Assembly: GCA_963790305.1 (NCBI GenBank)
Contig: CAWBOC010000006.1
Span: 224,001-288,000, forward strand
Direction: 5' to 3'
Length of the DNA: 64,000 nt
From: an uncultured Gemmatimonadaceae bacterium
GTDB lineage: Bacteria > Gemmatimonadota > Gemmatimonadetes > Gemmatimonadales > Gemmatimonadaceae
Part shown: piece by piece, positions 23,819 through 35,178 of the stretch
Numbering within the stretch: the stretch's first letter is position 1
Layout of the letters: each line of letters begins with the position of its first letter
Notes under the pieces: model-generated
The model's input: the letters and a program-made list of their open reading frames with translations, nothing else
Database searches by the model: none
What the model was told of the DNA's origin: nothing
Program-made: the position numbers and the translations under genes

Positions 23819-25729
23819 TTGTAGCTCCGCTGCGCGAGCTGAACGTTCTCGAATACCAGCGGCTCCCGATGCAGCGCGGGGCTCGACGCCTTCGCCGGCA
23901 TACTCCCAGGCGGCGACGTAGGCAAAACGCTCGTCGTCGCGCCTGGCTTCGCCATCCGGTGTCTGATGCTCCTCGCGGAAGTGGCCGCCACACGACTCCT
24001 CGCGATGGAGCGCGTCTCGACACATGAGCTCGGCGAACTCGAGAAAGTCGGCCACGCGGTTCGCCTTCTCCAGCGCCTGATTCAATTCCGCGTCGCTTCC
24101 GGGGACTGTCACGTTCTCCCAGAACTCGGCGCGAATCTCGGGAATGCGTCGCAACGCCTCCGTGAGACCGCTTGCGGTTCTCGCCATTCCGCACTTGTCC
24201 CACATGAGGGTGCCGAGCTCGCGATGGAACGAGTCGACGGTGCGCGACCCCGCGATCGAAAGCAGCCGTTTCGTCTTCTGCGCAACGCCATTGAGCGCGC
24301 CACGCACTTCGGGGTGATCCACGGTGACTTTATCGAGCTTCGCGGTGGCGAGATAATCGCCGATCGTGACGGGAATGATGAAGTAGCCGTCGGCCAACCC
24401 TTGCATGAGTGCGCTCGCACCAAGGCGATTTGCGCCGTGGTCGGAAAAGTTCGCTTCGCCCAGGACGTGGAGCCCGGGGACCGTGCTCATGAGGTCGTAG
24501 TCCACCCACAATCCGCCCATGGTGTAGTGCACCGCGGGGTAGATGCGCATGGGCACGCGGTAGGGATCCTCATCCGTAATGCGCTGATACATCTCGAAGA
24601 GGTTGCCATACCGTTCCTCGATGGTCTGTCGGCCGAGTCGCGAGATGGCGTCGGCAAAGTCCAGGTACACGCCGCGCCCACCTGGCCCGACTCCCCGCCC
24701 TTCGTCACACACCTCCTTCGCGGCTCGTGAGGCGATGTCGCGGGGAGAGAGGTTGCCGAAGCTCGGGTATTTTCGCTCGAGGAAGTAATCGCGTTCCGCG
24801 TCAGGAATCTCGTGGGGCGCTCGGGCCTCTCCCGCCGTCCGCGGGACCCACACGCGTCCGTCGTTGCGCAGACTCTCCGACATCAGGGTGAGCTTCGACT
24901 GGTAGTCGCCGCTCACGGGAATGCACGTCGGATGAATCTGGGTGAAGCACGGATTGCCGAACGCCGCGCCACGCTTCCAGGCGCGAAAGGTCGCCGTGAC
25001 GTTCGATCCCCGCGCGTTCGTGGACAGGTAGAAGACGTTGCCATACCCGCCGGTCGCGAGCACCACCGCATCGGCGACGTGTGCGACAACCTCACCGGTG
25101 ACGAGATTCCGCGTCACCATGCCGCGGCACCGGCCGTCGATGATGATGAGGTCGAGCATCTCGGTGCGCGGGTGCATCACCACAGTCCCGCGCGCGATCT
25201 CCTTGCACAGCGCCTGGTACGCGCCAAGGAGGAGCTGCTGCCCCGTCTGACCTCGAGCGTAAAACGTGCGGGACACCTGGGCCCCACCGAACGACCGATT
25301 GGCGAGATAGCCGCTGTACTCTCGCGCGAACGGGACGCCCTGCGCGACACATTGGTCGATGATGTCGACGCTGATCTCGGCGAGGCGGTACACGTTCGCC
25401 TCTCGAGCGCGGAAGTCTCCTCCCTTGATGGTGTCGTAAAACAGTCGCCAGATGCTGTCGCCGTCGTTCTGGTAGTTCTTGGCGGCGTTGATTCCCCCCT
25501 GCGCGGCGATGCTGTGAGCGCGGCGTGGGGAGTCCTGAAAGCAGAAGCAGCTGACCTGGTACCCCAGCTCGGCGAGTGATGCTGCCGCGGAGGCACCGGC
25601 GAGACCGGACCCGACCACGAGGACCTTGTAGCGACGCTTGTTCGCGGGATTCACCAGCTTCATCTCGAAGCGATGGCGGTCCCATTTTTCCGCGAGCGGC
25701 CCGGAAGGAATCTTGGCGCGAAGCTCCAT
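23815..25729 (-). CDS. sdhA: Succinate dehydrogenase/fumarate reductase flavoprotein (+1 frameshift at G-run 23878-23881)
   Basis: [36 protein letters not shown]; corrected C-terminus [22 protein letters not shown]. Confidence 0.96.
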
Positions 25730-25735
25730 CGTCGC

Positions 25736-26389
25736 CTAACGAACCACGCCGACGAGGACCGCGATGGGCACGGCGACGAACCCCAGCGGCACGAGCACCG
25801 CGAGAATCGTCGCCAGGCGCCGCCGCGCCGCGTTCACCCGCGCATGCTCGATGCCGAGCGTCTGAAACATGCTCCAGGTGCCGTGATACAGGTGCATCGC
25901 CAGTGCGAACATCGCGGCGATGTAAATCGCGGCGACCCACCAGACGCGAAACGCCGTTGTCACGTTATGGTAGGGCGCCAGGTGGATGAACTCCGGGTGC
26001 GCCTGTCCGGTGGTGAAGTGGAGAATGTGGTACACGAGGAACAGGAGGAGCGCCACGCCACCCCACCGCATCGTCCGTGACGCCGCGCTCGACGCTTGCG
26101 GATCGAAGCGCTGGTAGGGAGTGGGCCGGGCTGCTCGTGCACGCACGGCGAGCTGCGCCGCGGCGACGATGTGCAGTACGACCGAACCGAGGAGGAGAAC
26201 GCGGACTCCCCAGAGCAGAATCGGCATCGTGCGGAGCTTCGCCGCGTACCCGTCGATGGCGCTCGGGCCGACGAAGATCAGGAGATTGGCCGTGACGTGC
26301 GCGAGGATGTAACCCACGAGCACGATGCCGGTCACCGCCATCACAACCTTCTTGCCGATCGTAGAGTCCCAGAACCGCCCGAACGGCAT
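25736..26389 (-). CDS. sdhC: Succinate dehydrogenase cytochrome b subunit (single-subunit anchor)
   Basis: STIGKKVVMAVTG, multiple TM segments with His ligands, HLYHG..S.FQTLG. Confidence 0.92.
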   Translation of the reverse strand: MPFGRFWDSTIGKKVVMAVTGIVLVGYILAHVTANLLIFVGPSAIDGYAAKLRTMPILLWGVRVLLLGSVVLHIVAAAQLAVRARAARPTPYQRFDPQASSAASRTMRWGGVALLLFLVYHILHFTTGQAHPEFIHLAPYHNVTTAFRVWWVAAIYIAAMFALAMHLYHGTWSMFQTLGIEHARVNAARRRLATILAVLVPLGFVAVPIAVLVGVVR

Positions 26390-26396
26390 CGCGCGA

Positions 26397-27602
<1,206 letters not shown>

Positions 27603-27651
27603 GTAGTAATGATGTTATCGGCAATGTTATCGGCGCCTACGAAAAACTCTC

Positions 27652-28632
27652 TTACCCGCCGACCTCGGACAGAGCACGAAGCCCACCGACCTTCATCTGC
27701 AGGAGCGCGTGCTCGCGCGGCTTCTCGGCCAGGGCCTGCACGTAGAGCGGAACGAGATCGTCCCCGCGGCGGAGCGCGTCCCGAAGGTTCACCTCGTGAT
27801 CCCCGAAGAGGCAGGTGCGCAACCGTCCATCGGCGGTTAGTCGCACACGATTGCACGTCTCACAGTACGTGTGCGTCATCGGAGTAATCAGGCCGATCGT
27901 CCCAGGCGCCCCGTCGAACCGATGGTATTGCGCGGGCCCGTTGCCGCGGAGAGGCGCCCTCGTTGGCCGGAGCGTGCCCACGCGCGCGATCCGCGCCACG
28001 ACCTCATCGCTCGGGACCACGTGCTCCCACGTGAGCGAGCGGAGATCACCGACCGGCATGAGCTCGATGAAGCGCACGTGCCAGGGATGCTCGAGCGTAA
28101 GGCGCGCGAAATCCTCGAGCTCGTCATCGTTGATGCCCCGCATGACGACCACGTTGATCTTGATCGGGTCGAGCCCGGCCCGCTGCGCGGCCATCGCGGC
28201 GCCCACCGGATCGAACGGAATCGCTCGCCGCGCGATGGCGGCGATGCGCTCCGGACGGAGCGAGTCGGCGCTCATGTTGATGCGGTCAAGTCCGGCGGTG
28301 CGAAGGATCTCCGCCATCCCCTCGAGCTTTACCCCGTTCGTCGAGAGGGCGATGTCCTCGATACCCGGGACCGCGCGGACCATCGCGATGAGTCGCTCGA
28401 GCTGCGGTCGGATCGTCGGCTCGCCTCCCGTTATGCGCACGCGCCGCAGCCCGAGGGGAGCGAGCTGACTGACGATGGAGGCGATTTCCTCATAGGAGAG
28501 GATGTCGTGCTTCGGCAGCCACTCGAGCCCCTCCGGTGGCATGCAGTACAGACACCGGAAGTTGCAGCGGTCGGTCACCGAGATGCGCAGATATTCGATG
28601 CGCCGGCCAAACTGGTCGACGAGCGTCCTCAT
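27652..28632 (-). CDS. moaA: GTP 3',8-cyclase
   Basis: LRISVTDRCNFRCLYC radical SAM motif, CxxCNRVRLT, C-terminal GG. Confidence 0.97.
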   Translation of the reverse strand: MRTLVDQFGRRIEYLRISVTDRCNFRCLYCMPPEGLEWLPKHDILSYEEIASIVSQLAPLGLRRVRITGGEPTIRPQLERLIAMVRAVPGIEDIALSTNGVKLEGMAEILRTAGLDRINMSADSLRPERIAAIARRAIPFDPVGAAMAAQRAGLDPIKINVVVMRGINDDELEDFARLTLEHPWHVRFIELMPVGDLRSLTWEHVVPSDEVVARIARVGTLRPTRAPLRGNGPAQYHRFDGAPGTIGLITPMTHTYCETCNRVRLTADGRLRTCLFGDHEVNLRDALRRGDDLVPLYVQALAEKPREHALLQMKVGGLRALSEVGG

Positions 28633-29066
28633 GGCGCGACTTCCGCGCGTGCCGTGGTCGGATCGACCCACTCACGCGTTCCGTCGGTGTATTCCTCGCG
28701 CTTCCAGATGGGCACGCGCCGCTTGAGCTCTTCGATCACGAAGCGCGACGCTTCATACGCTTCGGCGCGATGCGGGTGAGCGACGGCGATCACGACACTC
28801 GCCTCGCCAAGTGCGAGCCGCCCGAGGCGATGCTCGACGATCACGTCGTCAGTGCCGAATCGCAGCACCGCCTCGGCGGCGATTGCCTCGAGCTCGCGGA
28901 GCGCCATCGCCGCGTACGCCGTGTACTCGATTCCGCTGACGGCGCGACCCTCATTCACCTCGCGCACGGTTCCGACGAAAACAATCGACGCGCCATTAGC
29001 GACGCTCGCCACCTGCGCCAACACACTGGCCGCATCGAGCGGAGTGCGGACGAGCGCGACGCGCAT
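28629..29066 (-). CDS. moaE: Molybdopterin synthase catalytic subunit
   Basis: FVGTVR, HRLGRL, PHR, LKRRVPIWKRE. Confidence 0.95.
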   Translation of the reverse strand: MRVALVRTPLDAASVLAQVASVANGASIVFVGTVREVNEGRAVSGIEYTAYAAMALRELEAIAAEAVLRFGTDDVIVEHRLGRLALGEASVVIAVAHPHRAEAYEASRFVIEELKRRVPIWKREEYTDGTREWVDPTTARAEVAP

Positions 29067-29308
29067 CAGCCGCCCGCCACTGGAGGGATCACCGCCACCT
29101 CGTCCCCGTGCCGGAGGACATGATCCCTGCGCGCATAACGTTCATTGACGGCGACGAGCGGCGCCGGGGGGAGACGTCCCTCGGGATCGAGGGCATGCAA
29201 CTGCAGCAACAGATCGCCAACTGTCGACCCGCTCGGCACTTCCATCTGCATCTGGTTCCGTCCGAAGACGTCCGCGTACGACGCAAAGAAGAGTGCGGTG
29301 ATGGTCAT
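29066..29308 (-). CDS. moaD: Molybdopterin synthase sulfur carrier
   Basis: 80 aa, LFFA...AVN...GDEVAVIPPVAGG. Confidence 0.93.
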   Translation of the reverse strand: MTITALFFASYADVFGRNQMQMEVPSGSTVGDLLLQLHALDPEGRLPPAPLVAVNERYARRDHVLRHGDEVAVIPPVAGG

Positions 29309-29361
29309 GTCGTACACTCGCGAGCGTGCGCACCACTGGCAAGACCGCGACTGAAATGCGA

Positions 29362-29395
29362 AGCGCGCCGAGGCCACTGAAAGGCCCGGCGCGCT
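29362..29395 (-). terminator. GC-rich hairpin after the HU/IHF gene
   Basis: AGCGCGCCG-(a)GGCC-loop-GGCC-CGGCGCGCT followed on the minus strand by TCGCATTT. Confidence 0.55.
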
Positions 29396-29414
29396 CTTGG
29401 GGACGAACTCGTTG

Positions 29415-29756
29415 TCACGCTTCCGTTTCGCTCGCCTCGGCCTCGTCGTCCTCGAAGTCTTCGACGCCCGCGACCATCGCGCGCAACTCCTTTGACGGCT
29501 TGAAGACAGGCACCGGGCGCGCAGAAACCTCGACGGGCGACCCCGTGCGAGGATTGCGCGCCATTCTGGTCTTGCGGTGGCGGATCTTGAATGTGCCGAA
29601 GCCGCGGACCTCGATATTCCGCTGCTCCTTGAGCGCATCCTTGATCGCATCGAGAAACGCGTCGACCACGCGGGCGCAGTCCTTCTTCGAGATCATAGGA
29701 CCGGCGGTGCGTGAAATCTGCGCGGTTACGCGTTCGACCAGATCGGCCTTCGTCAT
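29415..29756 (-). CDS. HU/IHF family DNA-binding protein with an acidic tail
   Basis: MTKADLV, IEVRGFGTF, ARNPRTG, PVFKPSKEL. Confidence 0.95.
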   Translation of the reverse strand: MTKADLVERVTAQISRTAGPMISKKDCARVVDAFLDAIKDALKEQRNIEVRGFGTFKIRHRKTRMARNPRTGSPVEVSARPVPVFKPSKELRAMVAGVEDFEDDEAEASETEA

Positions 29757-29804
29757 TCGATAGCCTCGTGGTGAGACAGCCGATCGTCCTTGATCGGTGC
29801 GTCG

Positions 29805-29833
29805 AACATAGGACGTTACCTATTGTGTGTCAA
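29805..29833 (-). promoter_or_regulatory. sigma70 promoter for the HU/IHF gene
   Basis: TTGACA-N17-TATGTT. Confidence 0.75.
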
Positions 29834-29852
29834 GCGTTTGGCTCGCTTCGCA

Positions 29853-30971
29853 CTACCGCGCGCGCACCGCGTCTAGGAACTCGCCGAACAGTGGGCGGGC
29901 GTCGTGCGGCCCGGGTGCAGCCTCTGGATGGTACTGAACCGCGAAGATCGGCAGCTCGCGGTGCCGCATGCCCTCGATCGTTTGGTCGTTCAGATTGATG
30001 TGCGTAACCTCGAGCCCGGGCGCCCCCAGAATTCCCGTTTCGTCCCCCTGCACCGCGAATCCATGATTCTGCGACGTGATCAGCACGTGGCCCGTGTCGA
30101 TCTCGCGGACGGGGTGATTTCCCCCCCGGTGGCCGTAGGGCATCTTCGCGGTGCGGCCGCCGAAGGTGAGGCCCAACAGCTGATGTCCCAGGCATATGCC
30201 GAAGATCGGGACGTTCTTCTCCGCGATCGCGCGAATGATTGCCGGGGCGTACGTTACCGCCGCGGGGTCGCCTGGCCCGTTCGACAGGAACACCCCGTCG
30301 GGCTCCATCGCGAGCACCGCCTCGGCGCTCGTCTCGGCCGGCACCACCGTCACGCGGCACTCGTGCTCCGCGAACAGCCGGAGGATGTTGCGCTTGATGC
30401 CGTAATCGTATGCGACAATGTGGTGTGGAGCTCCAGGGTCGCCCCACTGATATCGCTCTCGTGTCGACACGCGCGACGCCAGGTCCAGGCCCTCCATCGA
30501 CGGGCACGCATCGAGTGCGGCTATCGCCTCCGCGCTCGGCGTCTCGCCTTCGGCAATGACGCCGCGCATCACCCCGATCGACCTCAGGTGCTTCGTGAGG
30601 CGGCGCGTGTCAACTTCTTCGAGAATTGGTATTTGGGCGTCGTTCAACCAACTTCTCAAGTCACCGGTCGCGCGCCAGCTCGAATACGTCGCTGAGAGCT
30701 CGCGTACGATCGTGCCCGCCACCTGTGGACGCGCGGATTCGGGATCCTCGGTGTTGATGCCGTAGTTGCCGATCATCGGTGCGGTCATGACGACGATCTG
30801 GCCGCGGTAGGATGGATCGCTGAACACCTCCTGGTAGCCGGTCATGTTCGTGGTGAACACGACCTCGGCAACCGTCGGCTCGGCGGGATCGCGCAAACGG
30901 CCGCGAAAAAGGGTTCCATCTTCGAGCAGAAGGAACCCTGTTCGTGAGCCGGACGGCCCGCTCGCGATCAC
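29853..30971 (-). CDS. carA: Carbamoyl-phosphate synthase small subunit
   Basis: EVVFTTNMTGYQE, SNGPGDP, GICLGHQ, SQNHGF, QYHPEA. Confidence 0.97.
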   Translation of the reverse strand: MIASGPSGSRTGFLLLEDGTLFRGRLRDPAEPTVAEVVFTTNMTGYQEVFSDPSYRGQIVVMTAPMIGNYGINTEDPESARPQVAGTIVRELSATYSSWRATGDLRSWLNDAQIPILEEVDTRRLTKHLRSIGVMRGVIAEGETPSAEAIAALDACPSMEGLDLASRVSTRERYQWGDPGAPHHIVAYDYGIKRNILRLFAEHECRVTVVPAETSAEAVLAMEPDGVFLSNGPGDPAAVTYAPAIIRAIAEKNVPIFGICLGHQLLGLTFGGRTAKMPYGHRGGNHPVREIDTGHVLITSQNHGFAVQGDETGILGAPGLEVTHINLNDQTIEGMRHRELPIFAVQYHPEAAPGPHDARPLFGEFLDAVRAR

Positions 30972-31360
30972 GGCTGGGGCGTCGACGGTGCCGCGCCCGG
31001 TTCCGGTTGCGGGGTCACCGGGGCAGCCTCGAGAGGAATCGGCGCCGAGCTGGCACCCGGCGTCGCCGTCGCCGGAGCGGTCGGAGCAGCGGCCGGCTGA
31101 TCGAGAACGGAGCGCGACGCGACTGCCCGCGAAGACATCAGTGACAACACGAAGCCGAGCAGGAGAAACGCTCCTCCAAGGTACCAGCTCGACTTGGTGA
31201 GCACGTTGCCCATCTGCCGCGTGCCGAAGAAGGAGTCGGGTGAGGTTCCGACGCCGCCGAATGTCGCCGCGAGGCCACCGCCCTTCCCCGACTGCATGAG
31301 GATGGCGAGGATCAGGAAAATACTGGCGAGGACAAGAAGAACGATCAGGAAAGTATACAT
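30968..31360 (-). CDS. secG: Preprotein translocase subunit SecG
   Basis: ILMQSGKGGGLAATFGG, two TM segments, downstream of tpiA. Confidence 0.93.
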   Translation of the reverse strand: MYTFLIVLLVLASIFLILAILMQSGKGGGLAATFGGVGTSPDSFFGTRQMGNVLTKSSWYLGGAFLLLGFVLSLMSSRAVASRSVLDQPAAAPTAPATATPGASSAPIPLEAAPVTPQPEPGAAPSTPQP

Positions 31361-31394
31361 TGACCGAGAGGAAGGGTGTCGCGCTAAGCTTCGT

Positions 31395-31423
31395 AAGCTA
31401 CGCGAGTTACGAAACTCGGTCAA
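31395..31423 (-). promoter_or_regulatory. sigma70 promoter for secG-carA
   Basis: TTGACC-N17-TAGCTT. Confidence 0.6.
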
Positions 31424-31429
31424 GGCCAA

Positions 31430-32179
31430 TCAGGAACGCGCGATCGTCGCCCACCCCTCGGGGTCCAGGCTCGCCCCTCCCACGAGGAGACCATCGACGT
31501 CCTGTGCGGCGAGAAGCGCCTGCGCATTCCCAGTATTGACGCTGCCGCCATAGAGGATCGGAATCTCGTTTGCGCGGTCAGCTGCGAGCTGCCTGAGGGC
31601 GCCACGAATCAACGCGTGCACCGCGCTCGCGTCTCGCGGCTCTGCGGTTTGCCCGGTGCCAATCGCCCACACCGGCTCGTACGCGATGAGCATTTGCGCC
31701 ATGTGTGCGGGATCGAGATCTGCCACCCCCGCGTGGAGTTGTCGCAGCACGACGCTTTCGGTCTCTCCCGCGCGCCGCTCCTCGAGGCGCTCCCCGACGC
31801 AGAGCATGGGCCGCAACCCGGCGCGTGCCGCCGCGGCGCACTTTCGGCGCGTGTGATCGTCCGTCTCGCCGAAGACGTGGCGGCGCTCCGAATGTCCAAC
31901 GAGCGCGACGCGCGCGCCCGCATCACGCGCCATCGATGCCGAGGTCTCACCGGTGAACGCGCCCTTGTCTTCCCAGTAGATGTTTTGAATCCCGAGCAGA
32001 ATGTCAGGGCGGTCCTTGATTGCCGTGACCACCGCCGGGAGGGTCACGGCGGGCGGGAACATGATGACCGAGCGGTCGGACCGTCGCGCATAACGGGTGA
32101 GGAACGTGCGCATGAAGGCTCGTGCATCGCTCGGCCCATGGTTCATCTTCCAGTTGGCGGCGAGCACCGGCTTGCGCAT
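31430..32179 (-). CDS. tpiA: Triosephosphate isomerase
   Basis: ANWKMN, GHSERR, AYEPVWAIGTG, YGGSV, LVGGASL. Confidence 0.98.
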   Translation of the reverse strand: MRKPVLAANWKMNHGPSDARAFMRTFLTRYARRSDRSVIMFPPAVTLPAVVTAIKDRPDILLGIQNIYWEDKGAFTGETSASMARDAGARVALVGHSERRHVFGETDDHTRRKCAAAARAGLRPMLCVGERLEERRAGETESVVLRQLHAGVADLDPAHMAQMLIAYEPVWAIGTGQTAEPRDASAVHALIRGALRQLAADRANEIPILYGGSVNTGNAQALLAAQDVDGLLVGGASLDPEGWATIARS

Positions 32180-33394
32180 TCATCCCCTCGCGTCGTCGAG
32201 CACCGCCACGCCTGGCAGCGTTTTCCCTTCGAGAAACTCCAGCGATGCGCCCCCGCCGGTCGAGACGTGGCTCATCCGATTCTCCAGCCCCAGGTCGGCC
32301 ACCGCTGCGGCTGAATCGCCGCCGCCGACGATGGTCGTGGCGCCGGCATCGGTGGCGGCCGCGATCGCCTCAGCCAGACGGCGCGTTCCCTCGTCGAATG
32401 GCTTCGTCTCGAAGACGCCCATCGGACCGTTCCAGATCACCGTCCGGGCGCCCGCGATGTCCGCGGCGAAGGTTTGCACGGAGCGTGGCCCGATGTCGAG
32501 CATGGCTTGATCGGCAGGAATGGCGTCTCGCGAAACGACGCGTGCCTGCGAGCCCTGCTCGATCGACGGAGCGACAACCGCGTCCTCAGGAAGAACGAGC
32601 TTGTCACTCCCGCGATCGAGCAGGTCCTTTGCCATCGACACGCGGTCTTCCTCCACCAGGGATTTTCCGGTCTGCAATCCCATCGCGCGGAAAAACGTGC
32701 ACGCCATGGCGCCGCCGATCAGCAGCCGGTCGACCTTCGGAAGAAGCTGCTCGATGACATCGATCTTTCCCGAGATCTTCGCCCCACCCAGCACCGCCAC
32801 GAACGGACGCTCGGGATCCGTGAGCGCCCGGCCCAGGTAGCGCAGCTCCTTCTCCATGAGGAAACCGGCGACGGCTGGCTTCAGGTGGTGCGCGACACCT
32901 TCCGTTGACGCATGCGCACGATGAGCCGCACCGAAGGCGTCGTTGACGTAGAAGTCACCGAGACGCGCCAGCGCACGGGCCAGTCGCTCGTCGTTGGTCT
33001 CCTCACCGCCAAGGAAGCGCGTGTTCTCGAGCAGCAGGATCTCCCCTTCCGGAAGGGCGTTGGTCGCCTTCAGCGCCTCGTCGGTGTCGGTCGTCTCCAC
33101 GAATCGAACGCGGCACTTCGTGAGCTTCGCGAGATGGCGTGACACCGGCTCGAGGGAATACTTGAGCTCGGGCTTGCCCTTGGGCCGCCCGAGATGCGAG
33201 AGCACGATCACGCGCGCGCCCCGCTCCGCGAGGTACTCGAGGGTGGGGAGCGCAGCGCGAATGCGCGTGTCATCGGAGACATGGGCGTGCTCATCGAGCG
33301 GCACGTTGAAATCGACGCGAACGAGCGCACGCCGGCCGCGAATCGCGGAGTCGGGGAGATCGGCGACCGTCTGTTTGTTGAGTACGGCGAGCAC
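32180..33394 (-). CDS. pgk: Phosphoglycerate kinase
   Basis: RVDFNVP, SHLGRP, NDAFGAAHRAH, GGAKISGK, STGGGASLE; GTG start overlapping the gap stop. Confidence 0.97.
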   Translation of the reverse strand: MLAVLNKQTVADLPDSAIRGRRALVRVDFNVPLDEHAHVSDDTRIRAALPTLEYLAERGARVIVLSHLGRPKGKPELKYSLEPVSRHLAKLTKCRVRFVETTDTDEALKATNALPEGEILLLENTRFLGGEETNDERLARALARLGDFYVNDAFGAAHRAHASTEGVAHHLKPAVAGFLMEKELRYLGRALTDPERPFVAVLGGAKISGKIDVIEQLLPKVDRLLIGGAMACTFFRAMGLQTGKSLVEEDRVSMAKDLLDRGSDKLVLPEDAVVAPSIEQGSQARVVSRDAIPADQAMLDIGPRSVQTFAADIAGARTVIWNGPMGVFETKPFDEGTRRLAEAIAAATDAGATTIVGGGDSAAAVADLGLENRMSHVSTGGGASLEFLEGKTLPGVAVLDDARG

Positions 33395-34404
33395 TACTTC
33401 TTCGCCCCCACCATCGCCAGCACGTCGACGCATCTCGACGCGTACCCCCACTCGTTGTCGTACCAGCCGCACACTTTCACGAGGGTTCCATCGATGACGT
33501 TGGTGCTCTTCGCATCGAGCACGCAGGAGAACGGATTGCCGATGAAATCCACCGAGACCAGCTCCACCTCGGTGTAGTCGACGATTCCCTTGAGCGGGCC
33601 GCTCGCCGCCGCGCTCTTGAAGGCGGCGTTGACCTCGTCGATGGTCGTCTGACGCTCCACCTCCACCACGAGATCGACGAACGAGACGTCCGGCGTCGGG
33701 ACACGAATCGCGATGCCGTCGATCTTTCCCTTGACCTCGGGAATGACGAGCGACGTCGCCTTTGCGGCCCCCGTGGTGGTGGGGATCATCGACACGGCAG
33801 CCGCGCGCGCGCGCCGAAGATCCTTGTGCGGAAGATCGAGGATCTGCTGGTCGTTGGTGTAGCTGTGCACGGTAGTCATCGACCCGTGACGAAATCCAAA
33901 GCGATCCCGCACGACCTTCACCATGGGCACGAGGCAGTTCGTCGTGCACGAGGCGTTCGAGATGATGTGATGCTTGGCGGCGTCGTATTTGTCGTGATTC
34001 ACGCCCATGCAGAGGGTGATGTCCTCACCCTTCGCCGGAGCGGAGATGATGACCTTCCTCGCTCCGCCAGCGATATGCGCCTTCGCTTGGTCAGCGTTGG
34101 TGAACCGTCCCGTCGACTCCAGCACGATGTCGACGCCAAGGTCTTTCCACGGGAGCTTGGCCGGATCCTTCTCCGAGAGCACGGCAATCTCGTCACCATC
34201 GATGATCACCGACTTCTCGGTGGCGCGTACGTCGCCGTCGTAGGTGCGATGCACCGAATCGTACTTGAAGAGATGCGCGAGCGTCTTCGTATCGGTCAGG
34301 TCGTTGACGGCGATGAAGTCGAGATCAGCGCCCGTTTCCTTTGCGGCGCGAACAACCTGTCGGCCGATGCGGCCGAATCCATTGATGCCTACACGAATTG
34401 CCAT
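33394..34404 (-). CDS. gap: Glyceraldehyde-3-phosphate dehydrogenase type I
   Basis: [28 protein letters not shown]. Confidence 0.98.
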   Translation of the reverse strand: MAIRVGINGFGRIGRQVVRAAKETGADLDFIAVNDLTDTKTLAHLFKYDSVHRTYDGDVRATEKSVIIDGDEIAVLSEKDPAKLPWKDLGVDIVLESTGRFTNADQAKAHIAGGARKVIISAPAKGEDITLCMGVNHDKYDAAKHHIISNASCTTNCLVPMVKVVRDRFGFRHGSMTTVHSYTNDQQILDLPHKDLRRARAAAVSMIPTTTGAAKATSLVIPEVKGKIDGIAIRVPTPDVSFVDLVVEVERQTTIDEVNAAFKSAAASGPLKGIVDYTEVELVSVDFIGNPFSCVLDAKSTNVIDGTLVKVCGWYDNEWGYASRCVDVLAMVGAKK

Positions 34405-34425
34405 GACGGTGAAACTCCAGTCGAA

Positions 34426-35178
34426 TTAGCGGTCGCCACTCGCGGGCGCCCTGCCGAAGGTTACGAAGCTCACGATGCGCGCGCCGCCCTCGAGCAGCGC
34501 GGAAGCACACTCCACCAGCGTCGCGGCGGTGGTGACTACATCGTCGACGAGCATCACGTGTGCGCCGCGAAGGCGCGCGCGTGTGCCGGCCACCGCACGA
34601 AATGCGCCGGAAACGTTGCGGCGCCTCGCCTCGGGTGTCAACCGCGTTTGCGTTTCAGTTGCTCGCGCCCGTACGAGTACATCTCCCCACACCGGAGTGT
34701 GCCAGTAATGTGAGAGCTCGTGAGCCAGGCGCGCGCTCTGATTGAAACCGCGCTCGCGCTCGCGCGCCCCTGCTAATGGAACGGCTACCAGCGCAGTCCG
34801 TTCCCGCACGACGTCCTCCGGCCACGGCATGCGTGCCATCCGCGCGGCCATCGGTCCAGCGAGGCCATGCCATCCTCCGTACTTGAGCTCGTGCACGAGC
34901 GCCGATCCGCTGCCACGATCGACCCAGCATAGCGAGCGCCCACTGCGCACGAACGCGGGGAGCAGGTCGCACCACGTGCATCGGCGCGGAGCAACCGGGT
35001 GACCGCAGCGATCGCACCGGGGCGCGGGAAGCAGCACGATGCGGTTCCAGCACCGGGCGCAGGCGAGACCGCGGTCCGCTCGATCGTTGAGTCGACCGCA
35101 TACGACGCATGTACAGGGAAGCAGGAGATCCAGCGCAGCCTGCGCCCATCCGCGCCACGCGCCGACCGTGGCAGTCAC
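34426..35178 (-). CDS. comF: ComF family protein (double zinc ribbon plus PRTase)
   Basis: CxxC pairs, RGFNQS, LVDDVVTTAAT. Confidence 0.9.
   Translation of the reverse strand: MTATVGAWRGWAQAALDLLLPCTCVVCGRLNDRADRGLACARCWNRIVLLPAPRCDRCGHPVAPRRCTWCDLLPAFVRSGRSLCWVDRGSGSALVHELKYGGWHGLAGPMAARMARMPWPEDVVRERTALVAVPLAGARERERGFNQSARLAHELSHYWHTPVWGDVLVRARATETQTRLTPEARRRNVSGAFRAVAGTRARLRGAHVMLVDDVVTTAATLVECASALLEGGARIVSFVTFGRAPASGDR

Noticed and set aside
23036..25729. 897-aa SdhA-SdhB fusion ORF
   Set aside because: One extra base in a G-run; correcting it restores a normal SdhA C-terminus and an ATGA overlap with sdhB.
29309..29414. Moco riboswitch upstream of moaD
   Set aside because: The region is short and explained by a terminator-like hairpin; I could not recognise the motif by eye (an Rfam scan would be decisive).
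32180..33949. N-terminally extended Pgk (similarly NuoK, NuoH, NuoB, MoaD, Mdh and PMM in the ORF track)
   Set aside because: The extensions are off-frame readings of upstream genes or intergenic DNA, common at high GC.
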